Numbered from the stretch's first letter, positions 40,712 to 54,400 are shown. The stretch is 64,000 bases of DNA from Lytechinus pictus (GCF_037042905.1 NC_087245.1:44084001-44148000), one strand, 5' to 3'. The notes: a model not told the origin generated them from the letters alone. Numbers and translations are program-made.

Positions 40712-42293
40712 TACTGGGGGCATCATCAAGGTCAAAGGTTGCTCACTGGTCTATATAGTTTACCTGTAACTTATATAATATTAAGTATTCATTACATATC
40801 TTAAATACTCAAATGACAAAAGATCAACAAGACATTATCACTACCATAAAGGTAGTATGATGTCTCTGTTATAATTAATGTTTAAAATGCAACTAACATT
40901 GTTTTCCTCACTCAATATCAATCAAAGTCATGTTGGTCATGCTAGACATTTTCACCTGATAGAATTTGAATTCATATTTCGCATATGCCTGTATCGCATA
41001 AATATATGCGATATATATTATTTGATAGAAGGAAGACCCAAGTTCAATACAAGTGCACCCTCTTGGTCGTAGGCTAAATTTTATCACTTGAATTTGCATT
41101 ATTTATTTCACCATCATTATTTTAACATAATCAAGCATGTCTTGTGTGGATAATATTGTGGATAGATTGTGCCGACAGTTTTTTACCACAAGAATTGATT
41201 TTGGGGTTACAACCTCTACGAACCACGCTGGTGGAAATAATCTATACATGCATTGTAATATACAAATGATTACCATCAGTCCTTATATGTACCAATAGTT
41301 AATTTGGACTATATTCACTTCTGACAAGCTTTCACTATCACAGGACCATTTCAAAACTTTCTAATTACATCATTTGTTAATATTTGATATTACAAAACAA
41401 ATTTCCACACTAGGATACGTCAATATTACAGAAATGCTGCTGATATTTCCATTTCACAGGGGTAAAAAAAGGAAGCAAATGTCATGTAGATTGGTACAGG
41501 GAACAGGGCTTTATATCAGTTAATTAAAAAAAAACTAGAGAAATTTACCTTCGTTACATTTTACTGTAGCAGCTCCTGGGAAAAATAGTAATTTCCACAC
41601 AGTTAAAAACAAGAGATAGGCAGCAAGAACGCATTTTCAAGGGATGATGAAATACTTGACATATAGCAAATATCAATAATGGCAATATATTTCAGCAGTC
41701 AAAAATGTAGAGCAGCATTAAAAGCTGGTTAATGCGGTCTGTAGTGTTGCGAGCTAGTTTAACGCTTTTGTTCATTATCTACATCATGAATAAAAAAAAG
41801 AGACACAAGCTGCCAGATTTGATATGGACAATGAGAGATAAATCTCTGACAAAACACAGATATTCTAATATTGAAATGGTTTACAGGAAAGCACCAGTTT
41901 GGGACAAAATTCTACAAGGAATATGTATATATATATATATATATATGATAATAATTTGTTTCAGAAAAGTAGAAATGATTATTTGCTTTGGCTGGTAGCC
42001 CTTTAAAGTGAAGGTCACTCACGGGATGGTCCAATCGTCAGTCAAAATCAGGAATACACAATATGCATGGGAATGTGAATCCCATCTACGGCATACTGGT
42101 ATTCTAATCAGGGTCCCGTATAAGCACAAAGGTTAGCGATTAATCACAAGCTTGATTTTCACGATTAGTTGTACACTGTAGGCAATGCAATCAATCATTG
42201 AAAAATATTCTACCATGATTGCTAAGCTTCGTGTTACGGGCCCCAGATCAGGAAATATCCTAGATGCCACGCAATGGATCCATCAATGCTCAC

Positions 42294-42523
42294 CATAGGC
42301 GGCGGAAGCGGGGGGAGGGGGGGACGTGTCCCCCCCCCTAAATTTTAGGTGGGGGGGGGATGGTCCCCCCCTAAATTTTTTGTTGATAACTTTTTTTTTT
42401 TGCTTGTCAATTTTATTTCTTGCGTCCCCCCTAAAATTTTTTGTTGATAACCTTTTTTTTTTTTTTGCTTGTCAAAAAATTTTTTTGGTCCCCCCCTAAA
42501 ATTTTTGGCTTCCGCCGCCAATG
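42294..42523. mobile_element. hAT-like MITE just downstream of the SLCO stop codon
   Basis: TIR CATAGGCGGCGGAAGC / GCTTCCGCCGCCAATG with a perfect 8-bp TSD ATGCTCAC. Confidence 0.85.
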
Positions 42524-42584
42524 ATGCTCACTAATTACAAATGGGTCAGGAATACGTGCTTGTGGAAAATATGTGAATTAACTA

Positions 42585-42991
42585 CTACCTGGAGTCTTCC
42601 TCTCGGGCTAAACCGCATTTGTACAACTGTATTCCATCGAGTGGAACAATTTCATCCTGCTGCACGGCCAGGTCTGGTGAAGCTCGACCCATGCCAGCTT
42701 CAGGAACCCGTATTGTGCTTTCCGATGCCGTTGCAACCGCTTCATTGGCCTCATCCATGGTGCCACCGTTGCCGGGTGTAGCGGGACGGTAGAAAAAAAG
42801 GGCGAGGCTAAAGAGGGCCACAGCCGTTACTTTCATGATGAGACCAAGACCGAACATCCGCCAGGACAGGTTCTCGTCGTTGTATATCCAACAAGCACCC
42901 TCTGTGCTTCCTTCACTGCTACAGGTCTGCTGCCATTGCAGGCAAGCTCCATCCATCATGACTCCAACTAGAATGGGGCCTGGGGTAGCAC
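42585..42991 (-). CDS. SLCO4A1: SLCO4-like OATP, last coding exon
   Basis: (G)ATPGPILVGVMMDGACLQWQQTC...GACWIYN, the OATP TM11-12 region. AG acceptor, phase 1. Gene symbol is a subfamily-level guess (4A1/4C1). Confidence 0.88.
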
Positions 42992-43511
42992 CTGTAGAGA
43001 CAAGGGAGGTGCATGGGAAGCAATTCTTATATTACCACTTAAGCACTGCATTTGACATCATTTAGACTCATTACTTTACCATTCAAGGCAATCTTAATCA
43101 AAATTGTTCACAATATACAAACAAGAAAGATATGTAATAAATGTAGTACCATAAATCAAGTTCAAGTTCATTTTTATTCAATTATAGAAACCACAAAATA
43201 TACATATAAATCAACATGAAACAATCATATTTCAAGACACAATGTAATGATAAACATAGTCCCCAACATAGAAAACATGACAAGATCACATGGTTGCATA
43301 TGTTGCGGATAATACATTACATGAATATACAGTTGTATCACTTTTACATAAATCGCAACATTAAACCGTTTCCACTATTGGTGATATATTTGAAGTCAAC
43401 CTTGAAAGATGTAATAAAACCTGACATTGAGCCACCTTTTTAAAATCACATTTCAGAATTAAATTCCATATTAATGAAAGGAAGAAATTAAAGGAGGGGA
43501 GGAGAACTTAC

Positions 43512-43576
43512 CTAATAGTTTGTTCAAAATAGAGTTGACTCCTAGAGCCATTGGCCTCTGAGAATCTGGAACACAT
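43512..43576 (-). CDS. SLCO4A1: SLCO4-like OATP exon
   Basis: (R)CVPDSQRPMALGVNSILNKLL(G); AG/GTAAG; phase 2 to 1. Confidence 0.88.
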
Positions 43577-44022
43577 CTGAAAGAATGGTCACATACAAAT
43601 CATTATCATTTTAAAACCTGTCTAAGGCTCAGGCAACGGGTAGGTAATATGAACCATAAGCATGTAAGATCAAACATTTCAATATTACAAAAACGTTATA
43701 GACATTGTATCCATTTGTACCCATGAGAATTTTTCCAGCCGTCAGGATTTGAAATTCAATCTAGTGCCCTCTCTTAATAATGCTTATATTTTTCTTTACA
43801 ATAAATATTTGGGCACTTATTTTACATATTTAGTGATTGAATATCAGAAAGTTCATGACAAATATTGCATCCTGAAATTTTCATCCTACTGAGAAGGTTG
43901 TTATAAGACAAGAAAGCAGATATTTGATGGCACCCGATCAAATGATATTTCAATGAAAATCAGTTAATTTATCTAGTAAATTTTTTATTAGATTTGTGTT
44001 GTGACTATCACCATCATCTGAC

Positions 44023-44204
44023 CTGAGTAGAGTATTGACCAGTGCTACTCCTGGTAGAAAATGGAAGAACAATAAGAATGCAGCACCAGCAACAAAGATG
44101 GGCAGGAGGAAGCAGTCCGATTCACACGGGCCGTGTTGGACCTGGGTCGATGCAGTCAGGTTAGCCGAGATGAAATTCCTCAAGCATTCGCAATCACCAT
44201 ATGT
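44023..44204 (-). CDS. SLCO4A1: SLCO4-like OATP exon
   Basis: TYGDCECL...GPCESDCFLLPIFV...NTLL(R); AG/GT; phase 0 to 2. Confidence 0.88.
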
Positions 44205-44900
44205 CTGATAACGGAAGGAAAAAAAAGAGAGAAAAAAACCCTTCTATAGTTAAAACATTGTGGGGTTATTATTATTACTAATTATTATTATTATCATTAT
44301 TGCTAGTATTATTATTATTGACAAATTCTTAGATATTGAGAAGTTTGCTCAAAACCTTCCATTTTCTTCTGAACTTTCTATGTGTCTAAAGCACTCTGCA
44401 GAGTAGGTGTGGTACTTTGTAACTTATGTTATCATCATTATTATTATCATCATCATCATTATTACTATTATTATTATCAATTATCATTTTTTTTTAAATT
44501 ATCATTATTATTATTATCATTGAAAAATACCTGAATGATAATTAACTTCTTTACATTTGGAACATGAAAATTAATATAAAAAAGTAGACATGGAATATAT
44601 AATGTAAACTAAGTGTTTAGATATTTGGCTTGCAATAATTACAACAGAGTTTACTAGACTGCTGTGGCATACTTCACTCATTCACCCATTGATCTAAATA
44701 TCCACTGGAGCTAAACTTCTAGAGATGGAAAAATTCACTCTTTTTTGTATTTTTCTCGGTTTCATGATCATAATCCAAATAATCAAAAACTTGGTGCCCT
44801 CCTTCCTTAACTATTTTTCCACAATTATATTCCATACAATTTTGTACCATTATTGTATCTTTCCATACGATAAAAGAAGGCAAATGCTAATATCACTTAC

Positions 44901-45057
44901 CCCATTCCCATAATCCACTTTACATCCAGCATAGCATGGGTCAAAATACTCGGCAATGCCACCTTCAACGCATACTGGATTGTACTGCTCGGTATTACAA
45001 GTACAACCCAAGTTGCATTCATCATCGAGACGTTTATCTTGATGATACTCCATCAGA
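44901..45057 (-). CDS. SLCO4A1: SLCO4-like OATP exon (Kazal-like loop)
   Basis: CNLGCTCNTEQYNPVC...YFDPCYAGC; AG/GTAAG; phase 2 to 0. Confidence 0.9.
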
Positions 45058-45903
45058 CTATCAAAAAATAGTGGAAGAGAAGATTGAAATCAAAGTTTGT
45101 CATTATCTTAAAGTAATGGCTCATATCAAAACATCTTAGAACAGACACACATGTGGATAAGTTCTGATTATAATGAATAAAATCAACTAAAAAGCAAACT
45201 AATGTGACCTCATGTTACTATAATTAATCATCAGCAAGATGGAAAAAAAATTACATATTTTGTTCATCATCAACACTGTCATTTTGAACAGATATTATCC
45301 ACTTTCTAATATGATCTAACTCTCCACAAACCAACAAATAATTGCTCATGAGCAGCAGCACCACATATATCATCCCAATCAAGAGATGCATTATTCTAAT
45401 TGGCAAAATAACAATGGTGATGGTATCTTCATCAATAAAATGTCCTATGTAAATTATTCTTGTTACTTTTTCATGAATATAAAAAGGAATACACAATCCC
45501 AACAATCTTCATTTTACTATCTCAAGTTCACATTTCAAGTTCATGTTGCCCACACAAAAATATTTTCCAATGATATCATGACTATCTTTTACAAGTTTTA
45601 AATGCTTTTGATTAGTAAATTTTTTTTCATGACTTAGATTTTGAAATACATCTTTTAACTTAATATTTTTGTTTTCATTTTCATTCATGGCAATATTAAT
45701 CCATGGACTCTACTTTGACGTTTTACCTCACATTCAGGAGAAAATCTAAATATTTCATATAATAAAATACAAAGGAAATAGTGAGTGGGTAATATCATTG
45801 GTTCCCTCATTTGCATACTGACCAGGACGTGTCCTTAACTGATAACACCTTAATGACAGGAACATTATAAAGACTGATGATTTGATGGAAATGTGACACT
45901 TAC

Positions 45904-46102
45904 TTGTGTCCATCGTAGGAGGCCGTTACACCTATTACCGGCAGCTGGGGGCAACGCAAGAGCACGGTCCCTAGTAGCACAATGGTCACCAAGCCAGAAA
46001 CGATAGCAAACGTCAGCATACCACGGACCTTCAAGTTGAATTTCTTGGTCAGAATACCACCAAGGAGAACGCCCCCGGATAAACCCGGAAGCATTGCGAT
46101 AC
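45904..46102 (-). CDS. SLCO4A1: SLCO4-like OATP exon
   Basis: (G)IAMLPGLSGGVLLGGILTKKFNL...CPQLPVIGVTASY; AG/GTAAG; phase 1 to 2. Confidence 0.88.
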
Positions 46103-47480
46103 CTGTCCAAATGAAGGATTGTATAATATTATATTTAAGGATTTTATTGAATTGTATATATTTTTGTCAAATAAAAAACAATTACAATGATACATATTTA
46201 CAATTACAAAGAAAAGATCAGTAAAAAGACAGGTTTGCCCTACTCAGCATTGATAACCTAACATTGTTTTACAGAGGGATTTAATGTTAACATATCAAGC
46301 AAGAAATGAAGCAGGAAATGCAAACTACCAATACAATTTACCTGCAATAAAGATATTGATAAAAAAAATATTAAGGAAAAACATTTTTACAATATATACA
46401 CAACAAGATTAGAGAGTAAATAAGAGATTTGAACTTAAAAATACAGAAACTCTGGGATGATGTTTTTAAGGCCTTCTCTAATGTGTCAATATTTTCCAAT
46501 AGTCTGTTTTGGGTTTGTGTAAAACAAAGTTACAAGAATTATGGAGTAAAACATTATGAGATGGTTGAAACATTTAGGATATTATCAGGGAAAACATATC
46601 ACTTATTGATTTGTAAACATATACATTTCAAGATATTCTAAGAGAAGCAAACCAATATAAGGGCAAAGTGGGTTTATTTCAATCCCAGACGCCAATGGTA
46701 GTCTTCGAAAGTTACAAATGATCCCAGCTAAATTACTATTTGGTTTTGTACAAATTGTACTTGGAATATATAATAGGATATAAAACTTCATTAAAAGTGC
46801 AAGAAATCTTATCATTTTCATTGAGCCCTGGAGTAATAATCCTTAGGGTAGCTTTGCCAAGCTAACCAATATGTGTACCTCGAGGATATGAAATGGAAAT
46901 ATAATGGCTTTGAATCCAACTTATCATTGTCCTACACATCGTACCACACATATAACGACATTGTTACTTAATATTGGGATAATTGAATTTCAATTGTGGG
47001 GAATGGGTGGTAATAAGAGAGCTGGGGCTATTTTCAAGCAGACAGTTTTGTTGATGGTAATTAAGTTGCATGTTCACAAAGTAGCTGCAGCTTTTGCTTT
47101 TATGCCCAATAGTGAATAATGAACATGTACAAACCAAAGAAAAGAAGCAGGAAATTCAAAATTGAAATTGAAGCAGAATAAAACTGAACATTGTTTTATT
47201 GAAAATTTGTTCATAAAATCCCCCCAAAGTGTGCATGAAATCCCTGAATTTCACTTACGAAAATGCAAAAAAACCAACAAAACCTCTTAGGACAAGCTCT
47301 GTCGCATCACCCCCTTGCTTCGGAATTTCTTCAATTTTTTAAAGGTGTTTTGCCCCCCCCCCCCATGACAACAATTCATGTGTACGGCCATGAGGAGATG
47401 CATGAAGCATCTTTGCAATCCGCTCTCTTCCTAGGTATTGGTTTGGTTGAAATAGAGTAATTGTTTAGTTGTCAACTTAC

Positions 47481-47585
47481 CAATTAGAAAATTTGCTGCA
47501 CTTGCTGTCTGACGAAACTGATTCTGTGTAAACTTGGGCATGAAGGCTGCACAACCTGAAACAAGCATGGTATCTGCACAGATGC
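47481..47585 (-). CDS. SLCO4A1: SLCO4-like OATP exon
   Basis: (G)ICADTMLVSGCAAFMPKFTQNQFRQTASAANFLI(G); AG/GTAAG; phase 1 to 1. Confidence 0.88.
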
Positions 47586-47654
47586 CTGTATTCAAGGCAA
47601 GAGAATATGATTTTAGCATTTATCACCTGTCTCAACCATTGTACCAAAAGTCTG

Positions 47655-48724
47655 AGACCCCACCAAATTATGGTGGCAGCAGTGGGATGATTTGGTATGA
47701 TGAGACTACTGTCCTATGTGATCTGGGCCCGGTCTTACAAAGAGTTGTATTTGATCTATTCAAGCATGACTATGAAAATCCTTATTTGTCATATTTCTTC
47801 AAACAGAAAATTTACACGTCGTTCTGGAAACATCAAGGACCTCTTTAATTTGTCTAGACAATGATGTATGAGTGTAAATCATATACATCAATTTGAATAA
47901 GTCTACGCATTCAAAACTTTGCTGGCTTACCATAGTTATGATTGATCAGATTGAATGCAACTCTTTGCATGATGAAGCAAAGAATAATTCTTGAATTCTC
48001 AATGATCTTACCTATACACATTACCGTCGAGTTCGCAGCAAGGTATTTGAGTGAGCTGATAAAATCATTAGGTTGTGAACCAAACCCTGGTTGTTAAGTC
48101 TCATAACAATCCTGGATCTGCCCCTGGCCCCCCACCAAATTATGGTGGCAGCGGTGGGATGGTGGTGTGTTGAGAATACTGCCCTATGTGACCAGAATTA
48201 TTCTTAAAACTTTCTCTGGAGTCTTACCTAATATAGTACATATTACTGTCGGGCTGACAGCAAGGCATTTGAGTGAGATGATGAAATCAGTTGGCCTTAA
48301 AAAACAAACCCTAGTCTCACAAATAAATCTGTTATGAAATCTAGATCTACCGTGGCCTCCATCAACAAACAAATTATTTTTGAATCCTCAATTGTCTTAC
48401 CTAAGATAATACATATTACTGTCGAGTCGACAGCAAGATATTTGAGTGAGCTGAACAAATCATTTGGTCATGAACCAAACCCTGGTCGTTAAGTCTCATA
48501 AATATATCCCATATGATATCCTGGATCTGCCCCAGGCCCCAGCCAAATTATGGTGGCAGCGGTGGGATGATTAGTGTGTTGAGAATACTGCCCAGAATCA
48601 TTCTTGAACTCTCAATTGTCTTACCTAAGATAGTACACATTACTGTCGGATTGACAGCAAGGTATTTGAGTGAGATGATGAAATCAGTTGGTCTTGAACC
48701 AAAGCCTGGTCGTTCTGTCTCATG
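47655..48724 (-). repeat. Four diverged ~200-bp tandem units spanning an SLCO exon 3' half, its splice donor and intron
   Basis: Donor motif (+ strand CTTACCTA) at ~48007, 48223, 48396 and 48620, each next to exon-homologous sequence. Intronic CCAAATTATGGTGGCAGC occurs at ~47663, 48135 and 48543. Confidence 0.85.
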
Positions 48725-48780
48725 AGCCCCTCCTCGTGCATGAACTTGACTTTCTTTACCCGCTCTTATTCTGGCAGTAT
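48625..48780 (-). CDS. SLCO4A1: SLCO4-like OATP exon
   Basis: (D)TARIRAGKESQVH...GFGSRPTDFIISLKYLAVNPTVMCTIL(G); AG/GTAAG; phase 1 to 1. Confidence 0.87.
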
Positions 48781-48978
48781 CTAAAGCACAAAGTTTGTAA
48801 AAATGTATTAATATATAATCACTTCTGCTCAAGCAATATCCTGGATACTGTCTGTCAAACATCAGCATGCATTACCTTTTTCATTACCTTTATACTCATT
48901 GTTTTGCTTTTTCTGGGTGGCTTTTAACTTTTCATGATCTCCATAATCATTGTTTTGCATTTCTGGGTGATGGCCTAC

Positions 48979-49100
48979 CTGGTAATTCTCGTGGGAACAA
49001 GCTAAGCGGAATCCCGAAAAGGAAAGCTGGAACTGCGGCTATGATGAAGCCTATCCACCAAGCACCCACCCAGCCGGGATCCGATGTGCTAATATCAGTA
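48979..49100 (-). CDS. SLCO4A1: SLCO4-like OATP exon with family signature
   Basis: DPGWVGAWWIGFI (OATP signature D-x-RW-V-GAWW-x-GF)...FPRELP; phase 2 to 1. Confidence 0.92.
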
Positions 49101-49879
49101 CTACACAGTGGAACAAGAAAAATTAAAACAAACATTTCACAAAACATGAATAAAAGTCAGGGCTTGGTAAGAGAAGGGGTATTATTTCAATGATAGCTTA
49201 ATATTCATGTTAGTATTTGGTAAAAGTTTTAATAACAGATAGTACTACACAGTGGTATAAAAAAATTAATTCACAAAATTCACAAAACATGTCTTGAAGG
49301 CAGAGCTGGGCAAGAGAAAGTTTTTTTAGTGCATAACCTTACCATTCAGGTTTTAGAACATGTATTTGATGACAGTTTGATTGTTGGATAAACGTAGTAC
49401 CTATAAGACATCATGTCCTTGTCAGCATTTAAAATGGTGCAGCTATATGTATGAAGATTCAAAAGAACTTCTTTCAAAACATTAGTAAACAGAATCATTA
49501 GCCCTACAATCGTCTATTATCCTTTATTAATTCTTTATGACTTCAGGTATCATTACGCAAAAAAAATATTTGTGAGAGAAACAAGAACTGATAACACAAC
49601 TGACTGTAACAAGAATACAAGCTAAAGTTAAGTTAAATCTAAGACATAAAGCTATGGATCAAGCAGTTTAGAAATCAATTAAATCAATGTTTTTTTTTGG
49701 CACATCTAACATATTTCACACAATAATAATACATAGGGTTTGATCAAACAATCTCTGTGCTATGAACTAACAAACAACTCACATAAATTGAAATCTGAAA
49801 TAACTAGAAAGCATATTGCCCTTACCCTTGTAGCTAATACATCGCAGAAAATAAATAAGTGTTTGATTTTTAGTGTTAC

Positions 49880-49976
49880 CTGAACGGATTTGAAAAATTG
49901 GTGAATATATTTAGAAAGACACCCATCAACATGTAGCCAGCTGCAGGTCCCAAAGATGCCACAGCCAAAAATATAC
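49880..49976 (-). CDS. SLCO4A1: SLCO4-like OATP exon
   Basis: (G)IFLAVASLGPAAGYMLMGVFLNIFTNFSNPF(S); AG/GTAAC; phase 1 to 2. Confidence 0.88.
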
Positions 49977-50890
49977 CTGTGAATGACACACACACAAAAA
50001 AGGAAGATATCATACACTAATCCATTATTACCTCATGATTACCACATGAATAAAAAAAATATATATATACCAGTTTTATTTCTGTCATAATACATTAATA
50101 TGTTGCAAAGAATCATAGCAATTTCTTGTCTTGTAATCATTATTTCTTTAATGACTTGTTATCATTATTTCTATGGTGTCATCATCATCATCATGATTAC
50201 TAGTCATCTTGATCACCACCATAAATTTTACTCTTGTTCTTGTGGTTCTTTTTAACTATGGTTGTTTGTGATTAAGAGTGTGATTAAGTTTTAGACCAAT
50301 GGTATATTGATGAAACATGAGGATGTTTAAATGTTGCTGTTTCTATTTCAATCCAATTTCAATTGAAAATATTGCAAAAACATTTGGTCAAAGAAAAGGA
50401 TTAGGAAAAAAGAATAGTGATGACATAGGGTTACTTACAACACAAACAACCTTCAAAAGAATTGGTGCACCAATGCCCAAAATAATTTTTCTTCTACCCC
50501 CAAACAAAAAAACAAGATAAGAAAAATTATAAAAAATAACATAAATGATAACATAATATGTTATGAAAATAATTTATTTTAGAAATATGTTAACATAAAA
50601 AAATAAAGACAGAAAACTCAATAAAGTTAAGACAGGAAGACAGAAAGACAGCTAATAAATAAAATGAATAAACAAATAGATAGATAAATAACTAAATAAA
50701 TAAAAAGAAAGAAAGAAAGAAAGAAATCCCCTAAACCAACACTAAGGAATTGTTTCATGAAATATTTTGTTGGTGATTCTCTCTGACTTATTAGCTCTCA
50801 GCTAATCAGATATAACCTTATATAAATAAGCTTATGTTGGTGAAAATCACAGAATTTCTCAAGAAATGCTCCTGTATAACACTCACTTAC

Positions 50891-51380
50891 CCATGTACAA
50901 TCCTGTCTGTTCCAAGCACACACTTTCATCCAGCATAGAAACTCCCAAGGTATTCAGCGGAAGCGATCCAATGGCCATTAACGTTTGTCCAGCCATGAAA
51001 ACGTACATATACTGCGCTAAACTCGACGGCCTCTCATCCATGACATCATCACACGACATCGTGACGTCGCCACCGGCGGCAGCCGCGGCTTCGGCATCCA
51101 CTCCGCATGTCGGCGACACCCTCGATGTCGTGTAACGGTAGTTTCCCGTGGTGACGTGCGGGAGGGCGTAGATGAGCGCACCGGCGCCGATGATGATACA
51201 TCCAGTCCCAAGCCAGCGCGGCTTGTTGCCACGACCACCAACAAAAGTGACGAAGAGGACGAGGATGATGCTAGTTACGTCGAAACTACTGATTATGATT
51301 CCCAGATCTCGACTACGTAGCTGGAAGCGACGTTCGATGGAGGTCAGGGAACTTGTAACGAAGCCGGTAACCAGCATCGC
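50891..51380 (-). CDS. SLCO4A1: SLCO4-like OATP, most 5' exon found in window
   Basis: AMLVTGFVTSSLTSIERRFQL...SSFDVT...FVGGRGNKPRWLGTG...ALPH...TLGVSMLDE; acceptor TTTTCCTTGTCAG, donor GTAAG. Confidence 0.92.
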
Positions 51381-51488
51381 CTGACAAGGAAAAGCCAAAT
51401 AAACATTTCAAAATTATAACCATTACATTAGCGCAATGAGCAAAATATTTTGAGGGGCCAGATATGGCGGATGAAGGAACAGTTTAAA

Positions 51489-52172
51489 CCCGGGGGGGGG
51501 GGGCAGTTCCATTGACGAGTGGATACCATGCGCGACCATTGGGTCTCGAAAAGCACCCTAAACACTAGACCAAAAGCTTCGGTCTCTGTTATGTTGGTTG
51601 TTCAGCTGAACTCCGTTGGCTCCACTATACGAGGCGAAATAAAAAATAAAAAATGTTTAAAAAAAAAATCCTCGAAACAGACGGCTGCCAGCTGTCTACT
51701 ACACACACATTTTCCATATTCTGAAAATGCACCCCTTAACATTAAGTATTGGCGTGTAAAACCCTACCCTTAACAAGTATTGGAAACAAAACGATACTCT
51801 TGGCAAGTATTCCCTGAATCGACCCCTAAAAAAGTACAGCGTTATTTATATATATGTCATGGACGTCGGTCGTCGGTTTTACCTATACGGCCCCACATCC
51901 CACACCTCGCGCAAATCGTACTCTAAACACGTAGTGTTGACTATTGGGGCAAAAAGTACATCCTTTATAAAACATTTTAGTCTTATTTTTTAAAACCCTC
52001 GCAAATTTTCCTAGTGAAAATAGATACCCTTTTTTTTCTTCAATATTTTAGTGTTTTGACACCCTTTTAACGTTACGTACGTAACGCGCCCTATCTTGAA
52101 AAAGACATCCTTTTTACTTTTTTTTTTTTTTTTTGGGGGGGGGGGTCACGCATGGTATCCACTCGTCAATGT
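51489..52172. mobile_element. Non-autonomous TIR element (CCCGGGG...CATTGACGAGTGGATACC family)
   Basis: CATTGACGAGTGGATACCATGCG near the left end, inverted near the right end. Confidence 0.75.
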
Positions 52173-52745
52173 AAGCTTTGTGTTACAGGCCCTATATAGA
52201 TCTGCTTTTCGTGTGCAAAATTCTTTCATGCGATACCAGCATGCTATTCCAAATTGTTGAAATCCCGCTTTCATGCATGTACGACTGGTCATCATAGTAT
52301 ATGCCTGCCTGAGCTCGCGGCGGGGCTGTACTATCATGACTATCATGACTCCAGCTGGCTGGAGACATTCGAAATGTAGATTATGACATGGATAAGTGGT
52401 TTTTTAAACAAATCGAGTACATATTGAGGAAAAACTTACTGAATTCAGACTTGGAAATATATTATTACAGTCCATCGAATCGATGTTGCATCTAATGTGG
52501 ATTATTGGTGGATCACTGGCAATATATTCCATGTGTCAGATCACCTCTCCAGCTAAACCATTTCGCATGCGCTGATATGTACACAGCATATGCAATAGGC
52601 CTATCCGTCTGAAACCCATCCGACTTTGCGTTTTTTTTCTCCTTTCCCTGCTCCTCCTACAACAAACGATATGCCTCTAGCACACACAATGTAATGGGCA
52701 TTATGTTTTACTTTCCCCCGAAATGGGGGATAAGATTCAAATTTT

Positions 52746-53029
52746 CGGGGGGACCACTTCCATTGACGAGTGGGTACCAGGCGCGACCATGGGGTTTCGA
52801 AAAGCACCCTAAACAAGGGAAGCGAGTCTTTTCCAGATTATAAAAATGCATCCCTTAACAAGTATTTGGCTTGTGTTGGAAATGTATCCATTTTTTCAGC
52901 ATTTAAACATCGTTTTTGACACCCTTATAACGTTACATATAGGCCTATTCGTAACGTACTTGCCCACTCTTTCCCTTTTACGCGTGGTCGCGCCTGGTAT
53001 CCACTCGTCAATGGAAGTGGTCCCCCGGG
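52746..53029. mobile_element. Shorter member of the same TIR family
   Basis: GGGGACCACTTCCATTGACGAGTGG ... CCACTCGTCAATGGAAGTGGTCCCC. Confidence 0.8.
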
Positions 53030-53647
53030 CGGCCTCTCGAGCTCTGGGAGGAACCAAATGTGGCTCTGGAAAGTCGTCCTAAATCGGATAGTATTTTGCA
53101 CACGAACCGCAGATTTCTGTTTCCGTTGCAGATGCGAAAGCTAAACAAAATCCTCATATGTTACACAATTTAAATTGCAGGACAGCCTTTTACGAAGGGC
53201 ACAAAAGTCTCTTCCAAAATCAACTACCGTCGTAAATATGCGTTCGCGTTCTCCAGCGAAAAGTGGGGCATTGCTGTAATGAGTGGAATGTTTGTTCTCA
53301 TCATCTGAATCATTGTTAACATGGTACACACTCTACATGTACATTAGTATATAATACCATGTACTTATTTTTTGCCATTTTCATTCACAAATTTGACTGG
53401 TTTCTTGTCAACATAAAAAAACAGTTATACAATTCTTCCAATTACTTTATTCAAACACAGAACAATTTTCAATACTTTCTGAAGACATTAATTATCGAGA
53501 GCTAAGGTCTTTTTTTAACTTTTCAATAATGTCTCATAGATGACGTGGTCCAACTTCTTGCTGTTCGGTTAAAGCTTAAAAAAGAAACCTCAATGCAACA
53601 TAACATAATGCCACTGGAGTCTATATCTCGAAAAGCAAAAGTTTTTT

Positions 53648-53775
53648 TCTAACATTTGGCCTAATGTAGGCCTAACCAAAATATAAATGATGTCGGAGCC
53701 GATTATGCAAAATCGGCTTATAAAGCCGACATCATGTATTTTTGGTTAGGCCTAACATCAGGCCAAATGTTAGAA
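53648..53775. repeat. Small palindrome / MITE with internal hairpin
   Basis: TTCTAACATTTGGCCT..TAGGCCTAACCAAAA..ATGATGTCGG is mirrored, with an inner AGCCGATT...AATCGGCT. Confidence 0.75.
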
Positions 53776-54400
53776 ACAGGCTTATACTACCTGTAATAAC
53801 TTTGATACAGTTCGTTCATTCATTTTTAAACACTGCTCACGATTGGCAATATTGATGTAAATGTCATTTTCATATTTATTCAATACAAGATAGAGTTTAC
53901 GTGCTGGCGTTTGTAAGGACTCCAAATTTGGACCTTTATGTGGCCCGTGCTCTAAGTCTCAGAACAAGCTTGGTTGCCAGCGCCACGGCACCTAGGTCAT
54001 TTTGGGCCTTGCCGACGTTTTATCTGACAAGACTATTTCCACCAGTTACCACATTAACAGTGCTTCTCAGCCAATCAAAATCATGGAAAGTTATCAGAAC
54101 TGAAAACTTGTCAGACAACAAAGCTCGCCTCCAACGATTTCGCATATCGATATCATTGGATATCAATAAAATTAAGAATCAGTCACCTGTCGAACGGATC
54201 TACCGAGAACCACTTGTTTTTCGTTATCATCTTTTCTAAAATATTGGAAACGTTTCGCGTGCAATCCTTTTTATATGAGTATGCGAACCTTCTGCGATTG
54301 AATCATGCTTTTAATGAGGCTTTTCTTTGGTCAACCGTAAGTTTGGACCCCGAGACTCGTACGGATTCGGGATCCGCAAAATTTGGAGCCCGCTCGCCAA

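Noticed and set aside
52200..53330. Possible SLCO first exon or transposase remnant
   Set aside because: No OATP N-terminal/TM1 similarity or recognisable transposase motif in the frames I read.
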